A program made the position numbers and the translations under genes. 64,000 nucleotides of DNA. Origin: Lama guanicoe. Lineage: Eukaryota. The notes beneath the pieces were generated by a model. That model was not told the origin of the DNA. It searched no databases and was given only the letters and a program-made list of their open reading frames with translations. Shown piece by piece: positions 10,737 to 23,097 of this stretch (its first letter is position 1; each line of letters begins with the position of its first letter). Location: NCBI GenBank assembly GCA_013239625.1, contig MU054323.1, positions 14,698,029 to 14,762,028 of the forward strand, in the 5' to 3' direction.

Positions 10737-11796
10737 TTGACCAAAATATTCTATCAGTGTTTCACAGGTGATGCACTATCACACACTCATGATTGAAATA
10801 ATAATTTTTCAGTTAAATCATATCTTCATATTATTCTATATTTCTTCCCCCTAGTTCCAAACAATGCACTATATATTTTAGAGATTCAGTTGATGCCATA
10901 AAAATCTATACCACTTGCCTTTTATTTATGGATTTATTTATGGATGCTTTTGCTGAATACTCACAAGTTAAGAAAATTTCAAGGCCTAGTTGAGAATTCT
11001 CTTCCATGTCAGCATTTTCCACATATGTAAGAATTAAAACCACGACACAAGGTCCATGAGTGTGATTCAATGGAAGTCCTCCTCATAATAGAATCTCTGA
11101 AATAATTCCTTCCTGTGTTAATAAATATGATTCTCTAATATTTCCTGGTATTTTTCCTCCCTATTTATTTCTAAGCTACACTTTTATTGCCATTAGTTTC
11201 ATGGAGTTTTCACATTATACTAATAGGATTTATTTTCCTCTCACTTCAGATGTCGTCAGATTTGGAATGGCCTTAATTCATGATTACTTTTGTTTTCCAA
11301 AACAGTGATTTCTTTTAGGTCTTATGGGGAGGCAAGTATATTTTATGCAACCATGCTAAAGTGTTTGAAAAATTACAGATTTCCTAAACATTCTGATTCA
11401 AGTTCAAGTGATTCTGAGACCATGTTCACAGAAAGAGAACTTTTAGTTTGAAGTTCTGATTGGCAGTAGTGAGGATGAAAACTGGAAGGGGTGGAGAGGA
11501 GCTAACTTCTACCTTCTCTAAAGGACAGGAGTTTGATTTTTGTTTTTTTAATTATTATTATATTTTTATGTAGTTTGTAGTTCAGCTATTTCTCAAGTTA
11601 AGTTGTTCTCCCCCCACATTTGGCATTCTCTTAAATGTTTGGGTAGACATTTTATAACTTTTTCATATGTGCTTCAGAATGTGGTACACAAAATTGAAAA
11701 AAAATAATACAATTGATGTGACCAGTACAATGTACTGTCAAATTATAATTATTTGAAATCTGTATGCCAGTCTTATATGTGTATTTTCAGAGCCCT

Positions 11797-12110
11797 GATG
11801 CTGGGATACAATTCTCCATGGCTCTCACATTTCTGCATGGTTTGTAAACAAAGGTGCTATCTGCCCTTTTGGTCAAGATTACTTTTCCAAGGATGTTTGT
11901 ATAGCAAGTAAGCTTTGGGAGATATTATATGTGCTTCACAGCCAGAACAGGTTTGTTTACTGCTCAGTATAATAAAAATAATGTTTCCCTCTGGGACAAA
12001 GGGCAAGTTTGCTTACTGTCCAGTACAAACTTGGTTTCTCTATCAAAATGCAACCCATTTCATGTTCAGGTGCCATCCAGTCCTTTTTTCCTCACCCTGT
12101 GGGAACTGCA
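11797..12110 (+). mobile_element. LTR40-like ERVL LTR fragment
   Basis: caattctccatgg..tctcacatttctgca...ttttccaaggatgtttgtatagc...tccctctgggacaaagggcaagtttgcttact matches recalled LTR40 consensus. Confidence 0.75.
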
Positions 12111-12154
12111 CCTTATTAAAATCTCAAAACAACTCAATGAAATAAGTACAGTTA

Positions 12155-12292
12155 ATATTGCTTATTTTCCAGATGAGCAAACTGTGTTATAGGACAATGG
12201 GAAATATTTGGTCTGATCAGACAACTAGCAAGTGGTTAATCTGTGTTTTGATATAAAAATTCTGACACCAGAACCCATGTTCTTAAGCACGT
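12155..12292 (-). mobile_element. MIR fragment
   Basis: attttccagatgagcaaactg...ctagcaagtgg...ctgacaccagaacccatgttcttaa. Confidence 0.6.
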
Positions 12293-12554
12293 AATTGTCA
12301 CCACTATTATTTTGTCTCTTAACCACTTACAGGAAGGATAAGTTCTACTCTTTCTGGACTTCAGCAGTATTTATTTCTCCTATCCTCTCTGTTTTCATCC
12401 TAACCAATTTCCTGCTAAAACCAGATTTAAGGGTTTCTTTCCAGGCAAAATATCTCTTCTACATGCTAGCTCCAATTTCATACAATAAAACATAATTTAA
12501 TGTATAATATACACCATAATACAGTAACAATGAAATATAATTAAGTATTCGTAA

Positions 12555-12790
12555 CCTCTTGCTGTGACAAATTACTCCAACATTCAGTATTTTAAAACAA
12601 CAAACATTCTCTATGTCACAATTTTTGTGGACCATGAATTGGGGCGTGGCTTAGCTGGATGCCTCCAGCTCAGCATCCCTCACAAGGCTGCAACCAAACT
12701 ACCAGCTGGGGCTACAGTCATCTCAAGGCTGGCTGGGGGAGAATTTACTCTCAGGCTCACTCATGAGGGAGACTTCAGGTCCTTACTGAA
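12555..12790 (-). mobile_element. MLT1 (ERVL-MaLR) LTR fragment
   Basis: acaaattactccaa...ggcttagctggatg...ctggggctacagtcatctcaaggct. Confidence 0.75.
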
Positions 12791-14009
12791 TTTTACATGA
12801 AGTTTACTCTAAAAAATTTACTTTTATGACATTTTGATTATTCTAATAGACTTTGATAAACTCCATTAGGTGAACTTAATGGAAAAACTACTTATTGGAA
12901 TATACCACATATTAAACATAAATTTAATTATGCAAAAACATGTCTGGTGCCAAAGTACACACAGTCAAGGAAAATAAACGAAACAGGGGCGCAGATAATT
13001 ATAACATGAACCTGACTCTAAGAAATACCATAAAAGATGTATACTTGAAATAAAATAGAACTTCAAAGAGATTATTCCCTTTTAAGAGAAATGAAAAGGT
13101 ACACAGATAGTCTGTAATAGATAGCTATTGGTCAGGATGTTACAAATACTTAGGAGAAAACTGGATATATCTATCAAAACCTTATCCATTTTTCTTCTGC
13201 TCCTCTATTACTTCTTATTCTTCCCTTCCTTCTTATTCTTTAGATTTCAGCAATCCAATATGCAACATTAAGGATGCAATGTTTCTAATAGTAAATCAAT
13301 GATTCTCCTGGAGTTAGAATATTTAGTGAAGCAGCAGACTGACTTAATTCAATTCTAATATATCCTGATTATCAATGTAAAGATGTACTTCCTTTTTTAA
13401 AAAGTATGCCATAGCCATTTAAAATTTGTACTTTAATAAGTGATTTTGACATTGAAATTTTTAATAAACTAAAAACTGAAAAATTTTATGCTCACTTAGA
13501 GCACTACAATTTTTTAAAAAATTATATAGCTTTAATTTTATTGTATGGTATTTTTACTTACACAACTATAAAAGTTAAAATCCATGTGTAATATATTTAC
13601 TTTGTATTTTTAGTATCTAGACTATGATTAAGCCAAGGAGATGCTTTAAAATACTTAAAGAATACAGGAATAGGAAATAAAATTATTAAAACAAATGTTG
13701 GCACATATTTCAGTAAGAATTTTACTCACTTAAGAATAAAAACAATTTATAAAATTATTTTGACAAAAATAAACATAAACATTTGAAATTCTGATGAGAA
13801 ACAGAAAAGTACTGTTGGAGTTTTCAGTTCATCACCCAGCTGACTTTTGTGACTTAGCAGCCACTTGGTAACATACAAAGAACTAAGTATACTTGGGTTC
13901 CAGGGTCATGGTCTTTGACTCCACAGCAATGACATACTCAAGAGGCATTATATATTTTATTCCACGACAGAGCCATGCAGTCTGCAGGAATCCATCCCAG
14001 TACCAACAG

Positions 14010-14170
14010 CTGTTAGTTTTGTGGCCTTTGGCAAGTCATATCACTTCTCCAAGCCTGATTTACCTCACCTATAGTAAGAACTTCCTCATAATGCTATATG
14101 AGATAATACACATAAAGTTCTTTGCAAACTAGGACATAGAAAACACATAGTATATATTAGCTGCAATAAT
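14010..14170 (+). mobile_element. MIR fragment
   Basis: gtggcctttggcaagtca..cacttctc..agcctg.tt..ctcacctata...gagataatac. Confidence 0.65.
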
Positions 14171-16859
14171 TAGCCATTAACAAGATACTTTTTGTATTTG
14201 CTAAACACATGGCTTTTCTCATCCCACATTCTTGCTCATCTCCAAAAGAATGTTTCAACTCGACGAGAATAAAATGTGTATGTGTAATGCTAAGGATTGC
14301 CTCATATATATTAAATTATTACTTGAAACTGTATATTCAGTTTAGCTACTGCTATATGAGCTATAATTCTTACATTTCCAATCTTATATGCATATAAATG
14401 TACGTGATAATTCTTTCCTTGATAAAAAGATTGCATGTAGTGTGCCTGCAAATAGAGAATCATCATTCAGGGGTATTCAAGTTATGCAGAACTCAGTTCA
14501 CAATTTCTTTTACAACTGTGACTTCATTCTTCAGGTAGCTGGCCTTATGAACGATACATCATATATCATATGTACCCACAGTTGATCGGTGGCCTCGTTC
14601 ACCAACAATTCAAATTAAGATAATGCAGTCTAAGAGTTAAGAGGATGAATTGACTTGACAGGGCTCTATTAAATCAATTTAGGCTACCATAAAAGTAGCT
14701 GTAAAAGAATTTTCAGTACTTTATGGTTGCTAGAATTCTATGACCAGTATCTCTTGAGAAAACTGTAGTTTCCTCTAGATCAATATATAAATCTGTGTGG
14801 TATTCCAAACTCTATTTCTGCCACTTTCAACTTAGAGGCCATAGGCTTTCCTTCAGCTAAAATCCAATAGAATTTAATGCCTTTCCTATCCAAGATTCTC
14901 GAGGAATGCACCTTCTGGAGAACTGAGGCATGTTGTTCCACCTATTTTAGCAGGTGTTCAATAAACTTTTCTGAATTATTCTATTTACATTCCTATTCAC
15001 AAATGACTGTATTAAACTATAGACTTAGCTGAGATTGTAGATTTCAATAATACAGGCTGCAAACTCAAATGCCAACAAGGTCCCAGCAAGTAACACCCAT
15101 GATTAAATCACTTTCTTTTTAATCTAGATGATCTTTTTTGTCTCATTTAAATGATGATAACTTCCCATCAACTTCTTTCAAGTGTTATCAGACAGGAAGG
15201 TGGGCCCAGTTTTCTCAGATATGACATCTGAAGATATGCCATATGTCCCTATTTTTATGGGAAGTATTTTAAATGTTATCCAGAAGTAACAAAACAAAAG
15301 GGTGCAGTTTGATAGTGGGTTTTTTTTTGGGCGGGGGGGATGAGGAGTTTTGCTAAAGCAAATCAGCTCCCAGTCCTGCAAATGATGCTGGTTAATAAGA
15401 CTTTATCTCAGTAAATTGACATTCTCGTGAGTTTCCTGATTGGCATGCCCGATACTGTCTTCCCTGAACCTCCGACTTGATATCTTGAACACTACAACCA
15501 GAAAAACTCAACCTCAAAGTATGAATATTATATACTGAAAACTCATTAATAATCCTATGCAAGTAGATCACTTCAGGTCGTAAACGGGAGGAAAAAGTAG
15601 TTTGCAAATTAATGGTTTTCAATGAGAATCTGAATTTCAAAACCTTACTAGAAAACAAGTATGGCAGAAAAAAACAATTTTGGACACGACAAATAATATA
15701 ATATCCTTCAAAGCCAACACTTCTAGCACAGGTTGGAAATTAATTAAACAAATGGGAATGACTGTAAAGTGTTGCAAAGAAACCAAAGCAAGCTTTTCAG
15801 CATTGCATATAAGGACCATGAGAATTCAGTTTCTTGGCAACATCAAATTAGCAACCCAACCAGCCCCTGAGTTCTTCCCTGAATACATTATGATGATAAA
15901 CCATTAGAATAAGAGCATATGGGTCTCATCTACTCATTTCATAAATACATATTTCTAGGCCATTCAATTTGGTACTGTATTCACAAACCTCCCCCAGAAA
16001 GGGCCTCTATTCTTGAAACAGCTGACTCTGACAAAAACATAAACGTGGGTGATGTGGAGACTTGTCTTTATGTCTTCTTTCTAATACTATTTTTCTAACC
16101 TCAGAATAATTTTAATTTTACCTGAGAGGGTTCAACTTTATATATGCCTGCAAACAAACAGCATTATTTGTCTTCTAAATTTATGAGAGGTTGGTTAGAT
16201 TTAGAAATTTGTTAGTGATTACAAGACATTTTCTGTGGGGGGACAATACATGTCAAGAGCAAGAGTGTTCTAAGAGAGTTAAAATGTGGGTAATGATTGA
16301 GAGAGGCTGCTTTCAGACCGTAGCTCTTCTAGAAGTCTGGAAGTTCAAGAAATGCAAAAGGCTAGCTGGATGGGTTCTTTTTGGGCCTAATAAAATTCTT
16401 ACTTTAGATCCTAATATTAGTATGTAATAATATAATAAGCAATATAAATGTCTGACAAAACATGGTATGAGATATGTCACACTGATTTTCCATAATCAGT
16501 CAAAATTTAAACCCAAATCCCATTCTCTACAGACTGGTGGAAAGGGAATCTCAATAACTATTTCCTCCATCAAGCAAAGGCTTGTTTAGTCTTGAGCAGG
16601 GAATGATGTCCCAGATTTTCAAGCAACTGGGCCACTAGTCTACAGGTGATGCTTTCCTTGTCAAAGTCTGTATCATCCCTTTGAGGTAGGAGGTGGTGAT
16701 ACTTCATAAAAAATGTGGATGAGGAAGCTTGTACTAAAAACCATCTGAAAATACTTATTTAGAATTTCAGTGTCTTTTCCTCTTGAATTAACAGGTGTTT
16801 AGTAGGATATGTCTTACACTATAAAAAAGTAAATGCTACAAATCAGCCACTATTTTACT

Positions 16860-17805
16860 TGGTGCATGACACATTTATTCACTAACCAATAATTAGTGCA
16901 CATCTGTTTTGTCACAAGCAAAAAAGAAATCCTTGCACAAGTGGATTTTTCTGTTTATAGTCAGTAAAAGCAGAAAAATAATGTTAATCAAATATATAAG
17001 AAAATATACAGTAAATGAAAAATGTATATAAATTATGAAAAACTGTAAAGACAGTATGGAGTAAAAGAGAACAGGAGTGTGTGCAATGAGATATAGGACA
17101 GAAAAGGAAGCTCTCACAGAAAAGATGACAGTTGAGCAGACACTTGAAGATGTGAAGTAAGTCTTGGGGATGTCAAGGAGAGGATTCTGGCTAGAGGGGA
17201 AGTAAGAAAAAAGGCCCTAAGGCAGGTCCGTGTTTGATAGAGTCAAAGAATATCAAGGAAGCAAGTGTAGTTTTGATAGGAGTAAGCTCAGAGGAGAGTT
17301 TTGGAGACAAAGCCACAGTGATATTGAGCCAGATCTTGTAGGACTCAGGCACCACTGAAAGCACAGTGGCTTTCATGCTGCGGAGTATGGGGAGCCATTT
17401 GGAGGGTTTTGCCATAAGGATTAACCTCTCTTGATTTGTTTTAAAATGGTTGCTCTATGGACTGTGCTGAAAATAAACTAGAGGTGCCAAGCATGGATAT
17501 GGAAGTCCAGTTGGGCTTCTGCACTAATCCAGATGAGATATACTGGTAGCAGCAGAGGTGGTTAAAAGTGAGGATGGAGCTCACAGAATTTGCTAATGCA
17601 TTGAATGTCAAGTGTGAAATAGTGATGGAAATAAAGGATGGTCCAAAATTTTAGCCTGAGCAACACGAAGTTACAGGAAGAGAAGGGATCAGTTCAGGGC
17701 ATATTAAGTTGACGCCTATTAAACTTTCAAATTGAAAGGTCTAATAGGCAGAAGTTACTCAAGCCTGGATTTGAGGGAAATGGTCTGGACTGGAGATACA
17801 AATCT
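16860..17805 (-). mobile_element. L2 LINE fragment
   Basis: ggggagccatttggagggtttt, ttttagcctgagcaac, gagggaaatggtctggactggagatacaaat: antisense L2 3' region motifs. Confidence 0.75.
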
Positions 17806-18322
17806 GGCACACAACCAGATTTCTGTATGTTTACTGAATCAGTGAGTGAATATCCAAATGGATATAAGTTAATTCCACAGTAGCATATCCAATATTGGAT
17901 AGTAAATAACAGCATTGCCGTGTGCCAAGCTACTGATGCTTGGTGTTGCTGGTTTTATGTTTTTTGATATTGGCCAAGAGTTTGTTTTAACAAAATATAA
18001 TGGAGAATGTCTGAATCATGAGCAGGAAATGAATCTTTAACATCTCTGACTCTAGCCTTAGGATACACCCTGAGAGATGGGATTAGCAAGTAAAATGGTT
18101 TTGAAGCAAACTGTCAGTATGAGTTTCACAGAAGAAATATCAATTTATAGTCCTACTAGGAGAGCACAAAAGTTCTTTCCATACCTTGATCAGGACTCAG
18201 TTTTACTGCTCTTGTTTTTGCTCATTTATCACTAAACTGACAAGGAAAAGTCATTTATTAAGGAAACAGGTGATGAGGACACTTCCTTTTCTATAAATAC
18301 TCATCAAATGTATAATAATATA

Positions 18323-18754
18323 TGTCTTGAACATCTCATGCTGCCATAACAAAATATATTCACTGGGTGAGTTAAGCAATAGAAATTTATTTCTCACAGT
18401 TCTGGATGCTAGGAAGCCCAAAATCAAGGGGTCAGCTGATTCAGTTTCTGGTCAGAAATCTCTTCCTGGCTTATAGATGGCCCACTTCTCACACTGTGTC
18501 CTCACCATGGGCTTTCTTCTGTGCTTGCACGTGGACAGGGAGAGTCCTCTCTCTTCTTCTTTGTATAAAGCCACTAATCCCATGTGACGGCCCACCCTCA
18601 TGACTTAATTCTTTCCAAAGTATATATACTTTTATTGGCATGTGGAAAAGACTCTAATTACTTCCCAAAGTCCTCATTTCTAAATATCATCACATTGGGT
18701 ATTAGGCCTTCAACATATGAATTTTGGTGGGACACAAATCTTCAGTCCATAACA
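18323..18754 (-). mobile_element. MLT1A-type MaLR solo LTR
   Basis: gctgccataacaaaata...aaatttatttctcacagttctgga...tcaacatatgaattttggtgggacacaaa..ttcagtccataaca. Confidence 0.85.
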
Positions 18755-21700
18755 GTGAATAAAAGAAAAAGTAAAAAGATGAACAAATTTGTCAATGATA
18801 ACACGATAGAAAAGCAAAGAGGAAAGCTGGATAAAGTACGATTTTTCTGAGCTTTAGACTAGAATTAGGCAGAGGGCCGTGATCTTATTTCTAGAAGGGA
18901 GATCAGGGATTTAGAGAGGCACATAGGCAGAGGAGAATGACCACTTCTTGAAATCAAGGGTTTGTATGGAATGTCTTGAAATTTCTTTCCACACATTTGT
19001 AGAAAGGTTAGGAAAAGCCTGTAATTAATTGTAGTCTGTGGCTCTGGCTCATATCAACCTCTTTACCTAGGAAGGTGAGAACAATCAGTCTCTAAATAGG
19101 AACACAATACATTGTTTTTTCTCTACAGTCTGCCTTGTATCTTTTGTTTGTTTCTTTGTTTATCTATTTTACTGTGAGATGCTCATTTTTTTCATAAAAA
19201 AATTTATCTTTGAGGTATGGGACAAAGCTGATTTGCATTTCTTCTTCTGGGAGACAGAGGATATCAATGCTGGATTGTTTAAACTAATTTCTTTCCATGA
19301 GTGTTTTTTAGATCACTGCATGATATATATTTGGCCCAAAACAACTGGCTGAAGACTCACTTGTTCCTATTTCTCAGAGACTCTGCCCCCTACCCTTCCT
19401 CCTGTTCTGATGATGGCGGGGATTGAGTGTGAATGACTGAGTATTCAGGAAATTTTAAATTATAAAAACAGCCCTTGAGAGTGTTTCAAGTTATAAAGTT
19501 GAGTAACTTTAAAAATCCAGTGTTTTTGTAGGAAAATGAAATTGTTTTGCTTTTGTTTTTGTTGTTTTATATGGACACCCACCTAAAGAAATGCTGGAGT
19601 TTTAGACGAACTTTGGATAAATGCAGCTCATCACTGTGAACTGCAGTCTGGCTTTGGGGAGAGCTCTTCATTGCTGTAGGGTACCTCCTCATGTCTTACT
19701 CATCCCTGTGGCAGGTTCCCCACGGGAGTTCAGAGTCACCCTTTTTTTCCCTACTCTTCTAACAAAAGGTGCTATAATAAATATTAAACAGATGAATTTC
19801 ATTCTTTATAATGTGGGCACTTTGACAATATTTCATCAGACGTATCACTACTGAGGAGTGCTTTCTCTTTTATGTTATCACTGTGATATCTGAGAACCTA
19901 TGCTGAATAGATCTCCAATTAGTTTCAGTAGTGTTTGTGCCATTGCATCCCCTCACACGTTGATTAAGAGTTGGCTCTTGTTCCTTCCACTTTCCCACTC
20001 CACACACATCCATGAAAACAGAAAACAGACCTGCCTCTATTACAGCCCCACTTACCATGCTCAGAAAGCATTGCTTCAGTCAAGAAAAGGGATTACTGAA
20101 ATGCAAAAATGCTTGTGTAGGGTGAGAACTGAACTGGGGAGAATACTTGTCTAGGGGAGAACTGAACTTCTTCTGAATTCTGCTCTCATTGTAAGCTATC
20201 AAATAAAGTAAGACAATGTTTTTCCCTCTCCACAGTCTGTTTGAGAAGGAACACCCCCAAGCTGTCCCCCATTTCCCAGATGTCATCTCCCATTGACAGG
20301 AAAACTTGAAAAACACAACCATCATTTTTAAACGCATTCCTCCTATCTGGTGACCCACCCTCCCGACCCTCACAACAGGGTGGTTAATTCAGGGAGAAAC
20401 ACTAAATGGATTTATGAGTTATACAGTGTTCAGTACAGGCAAGCTCGTTGAGTCATAGCTAAACCCTGCTGTCTGTGATGCACGATGATGAGGAAATGAA
20501 TCATCTCAGTGCAAAAGATGAAGGTAACTGTGTCACAAAGGATAAGGTTCATCCTTTTCATGAGAGCTCTAAGTTGACATGTACTAAGTCAAGCACTAAA
20601 ATCTTTTTTTTTAAATATCAACTCCACAATACATGTCATGTGGGTGTTGGGGTGGTGGCTTATTTTTTTATTTTTTGATTCATCTGTCCTCTCACACTCA
20701 AGATAATCATGCCTCAATAAAATTATAATCATCTCATTTTGTTTGTATTTAATTGGATGGCATTTCCAGCGGAAGAATTCTGAATTTCAGAGACAATAAA
20801 TTGGGAACTGATTTAAAAAAAATTCTCCCTCAGAATGAATCAATTCTCTTTCTCAGTGGATAGTATTCTCCTTGCCAATAATCCTAAAGTATTGTCAAAA
20901 CAGACAAATAAAAGTGCTTCAACAACAGCTAATATTTCTAGAGGGAATCATACCTGAAAACTGCTTTTGTCTGCATCCTAACCAAAAAAAAACAACAACA
21001 ACAACAACAAAAAAACACTGCATACTTCTTGAAGAACTTTCAGAAAGTGCAGGAAAATAAAAGAAAAATGTCAGTTATGTGAGGAAAGTACTTTTAAAAA
21101 ATAGGTAATACTATTTTATTAAGCACAGAATTCTGGCTTCAATTCCTCATTTTAAGAGCCGAGTAAGATCACAAGGGAGCTTTAGAAGATAATGTGTCGC
21201 TTACTACTTTCCCAGTCAAGTCCTTTCCTTAGTACAAAGTGCAATCTTTGGCAAAGGGAAGAAAAAATGTAAAATGCTAAGATCCAGGTTCTTAGGAACA
21301 TATGCACAAGGTTTCTTAATAGTTAATTTTCCTTTCCTTTATTATTGTTGGTTTTCTTCCAAAGGGCACAGCAGGATTTTGCAGAATATTGTTCAGTTCA
21401 GCATTAACAGAGCACCTGCTGACAAGTTTAAAACATTAAACCTAAACTTTGAGGTTCTACAAGTAATTATTAGCAATAAGTTTTCTTACATTTTTAATAC
21501 AGTTGCATGCTAATGTGTGCGTAAGCACGTACGTGTGTGTATGTGCGCATACATCATTTGGTGCAAGAACACTGGATAGCCTCCTGTGCTTTTACTATTA
21601 TAGATTTAATAACAATTTACTAAGTAATTGAAACCACAGAGATTTCTGAACAGCTGCATTATTTAATTCCATGTTAACATAAACTGAAGAGTGCTCATAC

Positions 21701-21960
21701 TCTATCTTTAGATAGTTCATAAATCAGCAAGCACAGATGGGCACCTTATGGAGAACAGCACCCTGTGAACTTTTGACTCTGCTCTATGACCCAGCAAAAA
21801 AAACAAGCCCTTTTTTTTTCCCCCTGAGAGAACCTAGTACATGACAGTAATTGGCTGAATCACAAAGCAGAGTACATGGGGTAGGATTGAGAATTTCTTT
21901 GTGCTATGAGGATGCTAATCTTTTACGTTAAGTCTTCAAAAGGTAAAGAAAATGTATTAC

Positions 21961-22012
21961 AATAAAAAAAAAAAAAAAAGGAAGAGAGGGAGGAAAGGAA
22001 GGAGGGAAGGAA
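21961..22012. repeat. Poly-A followed by GGAA-like purine tract
   Basis: Directly visible. Confidence 0.8.
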
Positions 22013-22189
22013 ATCCCAGAGAATCAGGTGGCAACCTGTATACCATTACTACAAACCTCTGATGTGCTACCTGCCAATCTCTACATTTACGCCTTGATAA
22101 ATCTGCTTCATTTTATTTACTGCTCGTGAAATAGGAATTATCAGTATTTGTTGAAGTCTAATTTTGTTCCTTTTAGGACTATGTTAACA

Positions 22190-22625
22190 TTTTCCTTATG
22201 GAGATTTTGTATATTCCTTTTTAAGTGTGTTTCTAATATTTCAATAAAGATGTAAAAAACCAATAATTTATTTCTTAACATTTAAACATTTCTTGTTGCT
22301 GTTATAGATGGGTTTTTCTTAAGCATTATGTCCTCTGTTTATTATTTGAGTATATAAAGGCTCTAGATTTTTGTATGTTAATTGTATTTTCTGTCACATC
22401 ACTGAATTCTTTTATTTTTTAATTTCTTTTGAGTATTTGGTATTTTCCAGGTATACTATCATATGATCTTCAAAACCATTCTTATGTCTTTAATTGACTT
22501 CTCTCATCTAATTGAATTGACTAAAATCTCTTGTACAAAGGTGAATAGTAATGGAGGTAGTAAGCATCCGCTCATGTTTATTAGTGTCCTGGAAATGCTT
22601 TCCCATTAAATAAGATGCTGGCTTT
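22190..22625 (-). mobile_element. Old L1 (L1M/L1ME) ORF2 fragment
   Basis: gatttttgtatgttaattgtattt...gggtattttccaggtatactatcat...gaatagtaatggagg...gggaaatgct-type antisense L1 motifs. Confidence 0.65.
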
Positions 22626-22959
22626 ATCCAGAAGGAAGGGAAAGAGTGAAGGTGTGTAGATTTTGTGGAATTGGAGACAGAAAAGCTTTAGCTACATCCA
22701 AGTATCTTTGGAGCAGTGTGGCAGGTGTATTAACACCTTTAATTGCACTTTTAAAATATTATCTCCACATTCATGGTTGTTTACCTGGAGAAGTAATAAG
22801 GAAGGGGTGATAAAGGACTGGAGGGAAGATGTTTGCCCCACTGGCTGGAGTTAAAAATGCCAGAAAAAAAGAAGTACCTGTATATGGTTAGACTGTTCTC
22901 CATTTCTGTCCTTTCTGCCTCTCTCTCAGATAAACTGAAACAACTTAAATGATATCAGG

Positions 22960-23097
22960 TCCTATTATTTACTATGTGAATTTTATAGAAGACCCTGAAA
23001 CTCAGAGCAATGAACGTCACTCAGCTGGCATGTGACAGAGTGCAGATTCATTTTGGGTCTTTTGGGGCCAAAGCTCCTGTCCTTTCTTCCACATCAT
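22960..23097 (-). mobile_element. MIR fragment
   Basis: attttatagaaga...tgaaactcagag...gtcactcagctgg...gacagag. Confidence 0.6.

Noticed and set aside
15392..15658. Minus-strand ORF containing LKTINLQ, reminiscent of the mucolipin (MCOLN1) luminal domain
   Set aside because: Similarity is limited to ~7 residues; the following PDCY/FDNKAHSG motifs are absent and a match this short is expected by chance
20123..20145. miR-146 gene
   Set aside because: Only the first 11 nt match, and I see no precursor hairpin
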